A stretch of 64,000 nt of DNA, from assembly GCA_947474395.1 (NCBI GenBank), contig CANJID010000001.1, positions 18,083 to 82,082 of the forward strand, given 5' to 3'. Of the stretch, positions 17,545-25,298 are shown one piece after another. The notes beneath the pieces are model-generated. The model saw only the letters and a list, made by a program, of their open reading frames with translations. It was not told the origin of the DNA and ran no database searches. A program made the translations under genes and the position numbers. The DNA is from Caulobacterales bacterium. GTDB lineage: Bacteria; Pseudomonadota; Alphaproteobacteria; Caulobacterales; Caulobacteraceae. Position 1 is the stretch's first letter, and each line of letters opens with the position of its first letter.

Positions 17545-18711
17545 ATGATCACCGCAGACGAGTTCATGGCCGAAGCCGGCCGCCGCGGCTTCGACTTCTA
17601 CACCGGCGTGCCGTGCAGCTATCTCACGCCCCTGATCAACGGGGTGCTCTCCAACCGCGCCCTGACCTATGTGGGGGCGGCAAGCGAGGGGGAGGCGGTG
17701 GCCATCGCGGCAGGCGCGTATCTGGCGGGCCGCAAGACGGTCGTGATGTGCCAGAACTCCGGCCTGGGCAACGCGGTCAATCCGCTGACCTCGCTGAACG
17801 CGCCCTTCCGCATTCCGACCCTGTTCATCACCACCTGGCGCGGCCGCCCCGGCGAGCCTGACGAGCCCCAGCACGAGGTGATGGGCCGCATCACCCAGGA
17901 CCTTATCGGCCTGATGGAGATCGAGCAGGCGCCGTTCCCGAACGAGGCGGCGGCCCTCGCCCCCGCCATCGACGCCGCCGTCCGTCACATGGATTCGGCC
18001 TCGCTTCCCTTCGCCTTCGTGATGAAGAAGGGCGACGTCCAGGATGGCGGCCTCGACCAGTCGCCCCTGTCCCGCCCGGCCGCCGGCCGGCGCGAGGACT
18101 TCGCCACCGGCGGCGAACGTCCGGCCCGCGCCGCCGTGCTGACCCGGTTCCTAGAGCTGACCGACGACCGCACCGCCGTCATCGCCACGACCGGCAAGTG
18201 CGGGCGCGAGCTCTTCACCCTCGCCGACCGGGACCAGCACCTCTACCAGGTCGGCTCCATGGGCGGGGCGAGCGGCATGGCCCTGGGGCTGGCCCTCAAC
18301 ACGGAACGCCCGGTGGTCGTGCTCGACGGGGACGGGGCGGCCCTGATGAAGCTCGGGACCTTCGCCACCGTCGGGGCCTACGCCCCGAAGAACCTGCTCC
18401 ACATCCTCCTGGACAACGGCGTGCACGATTCCACCGGGGGGCAGGCGACCGTCTCGGCGTCCGTGGACTTCGCCGCCATCGCGCTGGCCTGCGGCTACGG
18501 CTACGCGGCGTCCTGCGACAGTCTTGAGGGTTTCACTGCAGCCTTCCGCGCCGCCGCTTCGGCTACACGCCCGGCCCTGATCCACATGCGCATGGCCCCG
18601 GGCTCGATCGACAAGCTCGGCCGCCCGACCGTGACGCCCGCGGAGGTCGCCGCCCGCTTCAAGGCCTTCGTCGCCGGGGCGCCGGTCCGCAGCCCCGAGG
18701 CCGTTGCATGA
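17545..18711 (+). CDS. ppd: Phosphonopyruvate decarboxylase (ThDP-dependent)
   Basis: 388 aa. FYTGVPCSYLTPLIN N-terminus, ThDP motif VLDGDGAALMKLG...LDNGVHDSTGGQ. Confidence 0.9.
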   Translation: MITADEFMAEAGRRGFDFYTGVPCSYLTPLINGVLSNRALTYVGAASEGEAVAIAAGAYLAGRKTVVMCQNSGLGNAVNPLTSLNAPFRIPTLFITTWRGRPGEPDEPQHEVMGRITQDLIGLMEIEQAPFPNEAAALAPAIDAAVRHMDSASLPFAFVMKKGDVQDGGLDQSPLSRPAAGRREDFATGGERPARAAVLTRFLELTDDRTAVIATTGKCGRELFTLADRDQHLYQVGSMGGASGMALGLALNTERPVVVLDGDGAALMKLGTFATVGAYAPKNLLHILLDNGVHDSTGGQATVSASVDFAAIALACGYGYAASCDSLEGFTAAFRAAASATRPALIHMRMAPGSIDKLGRPTVTPAEVAARFKAFVAGAPVRSPEAVA

Positions 18712-19697
18712 AGTGGCCGGCCATCCTCGGCATCCTGATCGGCCTTGGCCTGGCGATCACGCTGATCGCCGCCAACGACGTGGGCAAGATCCTGGCCGCC
18801 CTCGTCGGCGCCGGCTGGGGCATCCTCCTGGTGATCGTCCTGCGCCTGCCCCAGACCATCGCGTCCGCGCTCGGATGGCGCGCCCTGGTGGCCGAGCCGG
18901 GCCCCAATATCGCGGTCTTCACCGGCCTGCGCTGGATCCGGGAGGCGGTGAACAACCTCCTGCCGGTGGCCGGAGTCGGCGGCGACGTCGTCCGCGCCCG
19001 CCTGCTCGCCCTCCAGGGCGTCAGCCTGAAGGGGGCCTCGGCCAGCGCCGCGGTGGACCTCAGCGTCGAGATGGCCAGCCAGATCGTCTTCGCCCTGATG
19101 GGCGTCGGCATGCTGCTGCTCTATCGCCCCGGGGTGGACACCCTCGGTTGGGTGCTGGGCGTCATCGGCGTCGGGGCGGTCATCGCCGGCTCCTTCATGC
19201 TCAGCCAGCGCTTCGGCCTGTTCAAGCTGGTGGAGAAGACCCTGGTCGCGGCCTCCGAGAAGGCCGGCTGGGCGGCGCTCGGCGACATCTCCGGCCTGCA
19301 TGAGGCGGTGGTGGCCCTCTACCGCAGCCCCGGCCGCTTCCTCCATTCGGGCGCCTGGCACATGGCGTCCTGGTTCTTCGGCGTGCTCGAGCTGTGGGCG
19401 GCCCTGCATGTGCTCGGGGTCGAGGCCGGGTGGCGCGAGGCCCTGATCATCGAGAGCCTCGGCCAGGCCATCCGCGGCGCCGCCTTCGCCGTGCCGGGGG
19501 CGCTCGGCGTGCAGGAGGGCGGCTACGTCCTGGTCTGCGCCCTCTTCGGCATCCCGCCGCAGCAGGCCATCGCCCTGTCCCTGATCCGGCGCATCCGCGA
19601 CCTCGTCCTGGGCGTGCCGGCCCTCATCGTCTGGCAGCGCATCGAGGGGCGTATGTTCGCCCGCCGCGCCGCTGCATCCGAGGCCGCGCCGTCGTGA
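18708..19697 (+). CDS. Polytopic membrane protein of the lysyl-PG-synthase TM-region/UPF0104 (flippase-like, HpnL-related) family
   Basis: 329 aa, multiple TM helices. RWIREAVNNLLPVAGVGGDVVRARLL motif is typical of the family. ATGA overlap with ppd and GTGA overlap with the transaminase. Confidence 0.7.
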   Translation: MKWPAILGILIGLGLAITLIAANDVGKILAALVGAGWGILLVIVLRLPQTIASALGWRALVAEPGPNIAVFTGLRWIREAVNNLLPVAGVGGDVVRARLLALQGVSLKGASASAAVDLSVEMASQIVFALMGVGMLLLYRPGVDTLGWVLGVIGVGAVIAGSFMLSQRFGLFKLVEKTLVAASEKAGWAALGDISGLHEAVVALYRSPGRFLHSGAWHMASWFFGVLELWAALHVLGVEAGWREALIIESLGQAIRGAAFAVPGALGVQEGGYVLVCALFGIPPQQAIALSLIRRIRDLVLGVPALIVWQRIEGRMFARRAAASEAAPS

Positions 19698-20797
19698 GCG
19701 ACAGCCCGCTCCTCCTCACCCCCGGGCCCCTGACCACGCGGGTCGAGACCCGCCGCGCCATGATGCGCGACTGGGGCTCGCGCGATCCGGCCTTCATCGC
19801 CCTGACCGCCGAGCTGCGCGAGCGCCTGCTGAAGGTGGCGGGCGGGGAGGGGACGCACGTCGCCATCCCCCTCCAGGGCAGCGGCACCTTCATCGTCGAG
19901 GCGGCCGTCGCCTCCATCGTTCCCCCCGAGGGCAAGCTGCTGGTCCTGGCCAACGGCGCCTACGGCGAGCGGATGATCGAGATCGCGCGCCGCATGGGCC
20001 GCGCCGTCGAGGCCCTGCGCTGGGCCGAGGACCGCCCCGTCGAGCCCGGCGCCGTCGCCTACGCCCTGGCCGCCGACCGGGACATCACCCACGTCGGCCT
20101 GATCCACTGCGAGACCACCACGGGCCTGCTCAATCCGCTGCAGGCGATCGCGCAGGCGGTGTCCGACGCCGGCCGGAGCCTGATCCTGGACGCCATGTCG
20201 AGCTTCGGCGCCCTGCCCATCGATCTTCAGACGACCCCGGTCACGGCCCTGCTCGCCTCTTCCAACAAGTGCCTGGAAGGCGTGCCGGGCATCGGCTTCG
20301 CCCTGGTCGACGCCCTCGCCGTCGGCAAGGCCAAGGGGAACAGCCCCTCCCTCAGCCTGGACCTTGCCGCCCAGCACCAGGGTTTCGAGGCCAACGGCCA
20401 GTGGCGCTTCACCCCGCCGGTCCAGGTGGTCGCCGCGGCCGTGGAGGCCCTGCGTCTGCTGGAGGCCGAGGGCGGCCCACGCATGCGCCTCTCCCGTTAC
20501 CAGGCCAATTTCGATACCCTCGCCGTCGGCATGCTGCGGCTGGGCTTCCCGCTCTACCTCGATCCCGGCCTGCAGGCGCCCATCATCGCCACCTTCCTGC
20601 CGCCCACGGATCGGGCATTCGCCTTCGAGCGGCTGTACGCGGGACTGGCGCAAAGAGGTTTTCTGATCTATCCGGGGAAATTGACGCAGGCGGAAAGCTT
20701 CCGCATTGGTTGTATAGGCGCGCTTGAGCCTGCGGATTTTGCTAGGTTGCTCGTAGCAATAGAGGCGGTCGCCGTCGAAATGGGCCTCTCGGCCTGA
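19694..20797 (+). CDS. phnW: 2-aminoethylphosphonate:pyruvate aminotransferase (PhnW/AepZ type)
   Basis: 367 aa from an internal GTG (VSDSPLLLTPGPLTT...). Class V aminotransferase with PLP lysine in SSNKCLEG. Confidence 0.88.
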   Translation: MSDSPLLLTPGPLTTRVETRRAMMRDWGSRDPAFIALTAELRERLLKVAGGEGTHVAIPLQGSGTFIVEAAVASIVPPEGKLLVLANGAYGERMIEIARRMGRAVEALRWAEDRPVEPGAVAYALAADRDITHVGLIHCETTTGLLNPLQAIAQAVSDAGRSLILDAMSSFGALPIDLQTTPVTALLASSNKCLEGVPGIGFALVDALAVGKAKGNSPSLSLDLAAQHQGFEANGQWRFTPPVQVVAAAVEALRLLEAEGGPRMRLSRYQANFDTLAVGMLRLGFPLYLDPGLQAPIIATFLPPTDRAFAFERLYAGLAQRGFLIYPGKLTQAESFRIGCIGALEPADFARLLVAIEAVAVEMGLSA

Positions 20798-20811
20798 AAC
20801 AACTTGTAACA

Positions 20812-21324
20812 GTGAGCCGGATGCTCAAGTTTTTCGCCATCACTGCCGTCCTGGCCACCCTGGTCTCTTCGCCCGCCGCGGCGGAGACCGGGCCGATCAG
20901 AGACATGGCCGCCGGCCTGAAGCGCCTGGTCGCCGCCGGCGCGCCCGGCGACGACGCCGCGCCGCTGCAGATCGTGGTCTGGAACCTGAAGAAGGCGCTG
21001 GGCACCGTGCGCGTGGCCATCTGCACCCCGGCTACCTTCCTGAAGACCGACTGTCCGTGGGAGGGCGTCGCCCAGGCCACGCCCCAGGGCGCGGTGGTGA
21101 CCATCGCCGGCCTGCCGCCGGGGGTCTACGCGGCCCAGGTGTTCCAGGACGAGAACGACAACCACCAGGTCGACCGCAATGTGCTGGGCGTTCCCAAGGA
21201 AGGGGTGGGCTTCTCCAACGACGCCCCAATCCTGCTGAAGGCGCCCAGCTTCGCCGCCGCCTCCTTCGAATATGCGGGCGAGGGCATGACCCTGCGCGTG
21301 AAGCTGCGCCACTTCACGCCGTAA
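20812..21324 (+). CDS. DUF2141 secreted protein
   Basis: 170 aa, signal peptide. QVFQDENDNHQVDRNVLGVPKEGVGFSNDA motif characteristic of DUF2141. Starts 15 nt after phnW. Confidence 0.6.
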   Translation: MSRMLKFFAITAVLATLVSSPAAAETGPIRDMAAGLKRLVAAGAPGDDAAPLQIVVWNLKKALGTVRVAICTPATFLKTDCPWEGVAQATPQGAVVTIAGLPPGVYAAQVFQDENDNHQVDRNVLGVPKEGVGFSNDAPILLKAPSFAAASFEYAGEGMTLRVKLRHFTP

Positions 21325-21375
21325 GCCCCCACCGGCCCGTCATCGTCGGGCTCTTCCTGAGCGACCGGCTTTGCG

Positions 21376-22758
21376 TCAACCGAACAGGGGGACCGGTCCG
21401 CGGCCGCCGCCGTTCCAACTGGCCCAGTTCGGGAACACGTACGGCATGTCCGCCGCAGGGACGCCGAACCGCTGGACCACGCCGCCAAGATATTCCTCCA
21501 GGGCGATCGACGGGATCCAGCGACCGTCGTCGGACGAATCCTCGGGCCCGCGGAACGTCGTATCTGGGTATCGGCCGTGTATCCGGGCCCCGGCGAGTCC
21601 CCCGCCAATCACCAGATGGTTCGACCCCCAGGCATGGTCCGAGCCCGCCTGTGCGTTGCCGCGATAGACCCGGCCGAAGTCCGAGAGGGTGAAGGTGGTG
21701 ACGTCGGCGGCCACGCCGAGCGCTTCCATCGCTTTTTGGAAGGCGGCGAGCGCGGCGGCGAGGGCGGCGTAGAGGTTGGCCTGCCGGCCTGCGGTGTTGT
21801 CGGTCTCGTCGACCTGGCCCGCGTGGGTGTCGTAGCTGCCGTGGCCGGCGAAAAAGATCTGCCGGGCGTGGCCAAGCGCGGACCGGGCTTCGATCAGCCG
21901 CGCGATCCTCAGGAGCTGGGCCGCGATGTCGGTGTTAAGCATAACGCCCTTGGCATCCTTGAAATAGGCGTCGACGGTGGCGGTTCGGGTCAGGATCGCG
22001 TTTGCGGCGAAGGCCTGATCGTAGGCGCGCGAGAAGCCGAGCCCGGTCAGCCGCGTCACCGGTCCCTGGGAGTCCGCGTCGGCGAAGGCGGTCAGGCCAG
22101 CTTGCCTTGCGACCACCACCGCGTCGCGGCTCGAGGCGTCGTAACCGTGGCGCGCGATGCTCCCCGTGGGCGGCAACACCAGGGGAGAGCTTCGCTGGCC
22201 GAGCAGCGCCAGGCTGGAGCCCGCCACCGAGATCAGCGGCGATATCGCGGGCGCGCCGTCCATCCGGTCATTGATGCGGCCCATGAAGCCGTCGACGTTC
22301 ATGGCTCTGGCCTGCAGCCCTTGCCACACATGCTGCTGGCCAGAGTGTGACATCAGGTGCAGGGGGCGCAGGTCCGGCCGCGACAGGTAGAGCCGTCGGT
22401 CGAGCGGCTGGAACAGCACGCCCGTGTTGAGCACGACGTTCAGCGAGCCCTTGTCCCAGAGGGGGCGAAGCGGCGCCAGGCTCGGGTGCAGACCGAAGGG
22501 CGTGCCCGCAAGGGGCTTGAGAGCCTCCCGCGCGAGCGCGAGCTGGGGTCCCCGGCCGGCGGCGTACCCCGCATAGCGGTCGTCGGTCGGCACGATCATG
22601 TTCCAGCCGTCGGCGCCCCCGAAGAGGAAAACGCCGACCATGGCGCGGTAGGGCGCGCGGGTCTGGGCCATGGAGGCCGACCGGCCAAGCTGGGCCAGGG
22701 CGGCCGCTGCCCCCGATCCGGCGGCGAGCCTGACGATGTCGCGGCGGGAGAGGGTCAT
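21376..22758 (-). CDS. DUF1501 protein (sulfatase/alkaline-phosphatase superfamily) with Tat signal
   Basis: 460 aa from an internal ATG (MTLSRRDIVRLAAGSGAAAALAQ, a twin-arginine signal). C-terminal GSDHAWGSNHLVIGG. Confidence 0.8.
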   Translation of the reverse strand: MTLSRRDIVRLAAGSGAAAALAQLGRSASMAQTRAPYRAMVGVFLFGGADGWNMIVPTDDRYAGYAAGRGPQLALAREALKPLAGTPFGLHPSLAPLRPLWDKGSLNVVLNTGVLFQPLDRRLYLSRPDLRPLHLMSHSGQQHVWQGLQARAMNVDGFMGRINDRMDGAPAISPLISVAGSSLALLGQRSSPLVLPPTGSIARHGYDASSRDAVVVARQAGLTAFADADSQGPVTRLTGLGFSRAYDQAFAANAILTRTATVDAYFKDAKGVMLNTDIAAQLLRIARLIEARSALGHARQIFFAGHGSYDTHAGQVDETDNTAGRQANLYAALAAALAAFQKAMEALGVAADVTTFTLSDFGRVYRGNAQAGSDHAWGSNHLVIGGGLAGARIHGRYPDTTFRGPEDSSDDGRWIPSIALEEYLGGVVQRFGVPAADMPYVFPNWASWNGGGRGPVPLFG

Positions 22759-22760
22759 AT

Positions 22761-24455
22761 CTAGCGGTCCACCTGGAACAGAGGCGAGCTGGCGGCGAGG
22801 TACAGGGCGGTCTGGGCCCGTTGGCGCGCCTGCGTCGTCGCGTTCTTGTTGACGATGGCGGTCAGCGCCCCCCGCATGGCGCTGCGCTGCGTCGCGCTCA
22901 TGCCGTTGCCGAGCAGCAGCAGGTTCACGCGGTCCATCAGCCCCTCGACGTCCGCGGCCGCGGCCTCCCAGTCTGCCCACAGGGGCTTCGTGCCCGTGGC
23001 GCTCTGCGTGTGGGGCTTGAACTCCTTGCGGTCGGCATCGCCTTCGACGGTCCAGTCGTAGACGAGGTTGTGCCGGCCGACGTCGGCCGCCGTCGTCAGC
23101 AGCTTCGACGGGGGGCTCACCAGCGGCGCGCCGAGCGGCAGCGGATAGTCCGGCGGATAGAAGTTGAACACCGAGGGCGCGGACCACAGCGGCTGGCCCA
23201 TCACCCCGTCGCGCGTGGTGAAGACGTAGCCGTCCGTGGTCATGCCGATGGCCCGGGCCAGGGCGACGGCCAGCAGCACCGGCTCCTTCACCTTGCCTTC
23301 GATGGCCGCGAGACGGTCCCCGCGCGCCTCCGGGTCGAGCAGGATCGCCCGCACCACCGACCTCATGCTTCCGCGCACGCCCTGGCCGTTGTCGGCGAAC
23401 ACCCGCGCGACCCGTTCGACGTAGGCGGGGGTGGGGTTGGAGACGACGAGCTGCTGGATCAGCGACTTGGAAACATACGGCGCCACGTTGGGGTGGTTGA
23501 AGACCGCGTCCACGACCGCGTCCACGCTTGCGCTCTGGCTTGCCTGGGCGGGGACCGTCACGCCCAGGAAGCTCTTGGCGTCCGCGTCGTAATCCGAGGC
23601 CGAGCGGATCATCCGCTGGGTGTAGTCGATGCGGCTCTTGTCCTTCGGCGACGCCCCGGGGAAGCGCACGCAGGTCCATCCGGTCAGGGCCCGCGCGACT
23701 TCGTGGACGTCGCTGCCGGTGTAGGCCGGTATCGGCGCGCCTTGGACGTCGAGCTTGAGGCTGCCGTCGAGGTTCAGCATGTCCTCGCCGATCGAGAACA
23801 GCTGCATCAGTTCCCGCGCGTAGTTCTCGTTCGGCGAAGCTTTGGTCGACCCCGCCATGTCGAGGTAGTCGCCCATGTACGCGTTCAGGGTGACCGCCTT
23901 CAGCAGGTCCCGGTAGTTGCCGAAGGCGTTGTCCAGCAGCAGCTGGTGATAGGTCGCGAGGCCGGCCGTCGAGTCGATATCCTGGTTGGCGACGACCAGC
24001 AGCTCGGCCAGGGCGAGCGCCACTCTCTGGCGGAGCTGGTCGTTCCGCATGACCGCGTCGGCGTAGAAGCGCATCGCGACCGGCGTCGACTGCCAATAGG
24101 TCGCCTTGCAGCTCGCGGCCTCCGACCCGGATTTCGACCGGCAATAGCTTTGCGGGATATTCCGGTCGGCGATGATGTCCTGGTAGCCGCTCTCGGCGAG
24201 GGCGAACTGCTCGTCCAGCCAGGCGGCGGGTCCCACCTGGCTCATATGCGCGATCAGCGCCGGGGTCGGTCCGAACGTCGCCTGCTTGGCCAGCCGGACC
24301 GCATCGGGAGCGGAAAACGCCGCAACCGTGACGGCCTCGGGCGCCATGAACCGCGGCTCGGGCGGGTTCGCCCCTGTCAGGGCCGCAGCGCCCGCGCACG
24401 CCGCCGCGCAAGCCAGGGCGGAAGCGGCGAGGATCGACGGCGATGGCGACGCCAT
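22761..24455 (-). CDS. DUF1800 protein
   Basis: 564 aa. ...MGDYLDMAGSTKASPNENYARELMQLFSIG... motif of DUF1800. Stop lies 3 nt before the DUF1501 start (a canonical pair). Confidence 0.8.
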   Translation of the reverse strand: MASPSPSILAASALACAAACAGAAALTGANPPEPRFMAPEAVTVAAFSAPDAVRLAKQATFGPTPALIAHMSQVGPAAWLDEQFALAESGYQDIIADRNIPQSYCRSKSGSEAASCKATYWQSTPVAMRFYADAVMRNDQLRQRVALALAELLVVANQDIDSTAGLATYHQLLLDNAFGNYRDLLKAVTLNAYMGDYLDMAGSTKASPNENYARELMQLFSIGEDMLNLDGSLKLDVQGAPIPAYTGSDVHEVARALTGWTCVRFPGASPKDKSRIDYTQRMIRSASDYDADAKSFLGVTVPAQASQSASVDAVVDAVFNHPNVAPYVSKSLIQQLVVSNPTPAYVERVARVFADNGQGVRGSMRSVVRAILLDPEARGDRLAAIEGKVKEPVLLAVALARAIGMTTDGYVFTTRDGVMGQPLWSAPSVFNFYPPDYPLPLGAPLVSPPSKLLTTAADVGRHNLVYDWTVEGDADRKEFKPHTQSATGTKPLWADWEAAAADVEGLMDRVNLLLLGNGMSATQRSAMRGALTAIVNKNATTQARQRAQTALYLAASSPLFQVDR

Positions 24456-24552
24456 GAGCTGACTCCGCCGCTCGTCCTGAGCGGTGACCGCCCCAGACGA
24501 AACTGCGCCGGTTAACCACCGGTAAGCGGAGAGCGACGATTGCTCGTCAGCG

Positions 24553-25143
24553 CTACGGAGCGCGCTGCTTCATCAGGGCGGCGAGGCTCAGCCACAGCGC
24601 TATGGCCGGGGTGATCAGGCTCGCCGCCACCAGCATGGGCTTGATCTGGCCGAGCCAGATCAGGATCGGCACCAGGATCATCAGGTCGTCGGGATCGACG
24701 TCGAAGCGCCCGAACCGCCAGGGCTTCAGCTCCACCAGCTTCCAGACGTTGAGCTGCCAGAACATCACCCCGATGCCGAGGCCGGCGGACACCCCGAGCC
24801 AGACCGCGATCGAGCCCCACACCGGGATCAGGCCGATGCCGATGCCGATGAAGCCCGCCACCCCGGCGATGCAGTCGCAGATCAGGTCGTAGACGTGCCC
24901 GCCCGGGCTGGACTGGCCGGTTTGGCGGGCCAGCTCCCCGTCCGCCCGGTCGAGCAGCATGGAGAGCACGAACACCAGTCCGCCGACGCCGAGCCACAGG
25001 GCCCCGGCCTTGGCGTAACAGACGGCCGAGGCGATCGCGGTGATCAGGCGCAGGGTGGTGATCTGGTTCGGCGTGACCTTGGTCGGGGCGATCGCCCGCA
25101 CCACGGGCCGCACGATCTGGTGGATCACCGTATTGGAGCTCAC
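24553..25143 (-). CDS. CDP-alcohol phosphatidyltransferase family protein
   Basis: 196 aa. Complete DRADGELARQTGQSSPGGHVYDLICD motif (D-x2-DG-x2-AR-x8-G-x3-D-x3-D). 4-5 TM helices. Confidence 0.85.
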   Translation of the reverse strand: MSSNTVIHQIVRPVVRAIAPTKVTPNQITTLRLITAIASAVCYAKAGALWLGVGGLVFVLSMLLDRADGELARQTGQSSPGGHVYDLICDCIAGVAGFIGIGIGLIPVWGSIAVWLGVSAGLGIGVMFWQLNVWKLVELKPWRFGRFDVDPDDLMILVPILIWLGQIKPMLVAASLITPAIALWLSLAALMKQRAP

Positions 25144-25298
25144 GCGGGCGGGTCCTTAGCCTGGGGCGATGGGCGCGCAATGTGTCGAGGCGACAGGACG
25201 ATGACAAGCCCGCCCCTCCCTACGGTCACGGTTGCGAGGCGTGACCGGCTATGCTCTTGAAAGCTCCCGGCCTTTGCCGGCAAAGGCCCTGAGGCGTC

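Noticed and set aside
21376-24519. 1047-aa minus-strand ORF and 564-aa plus-strand ORF over the DUF1501/DUF1800 region
   Set aside because: The 1047-aa ORF is an out-of-frame read-through whose first ~590 aa are Arg/Pro/Gly junk overlapping the real DUF1800 frame. Only its last 460 aa, from the Tat-signal Met, are DUF1501. The plus-strand ORF is antisense.
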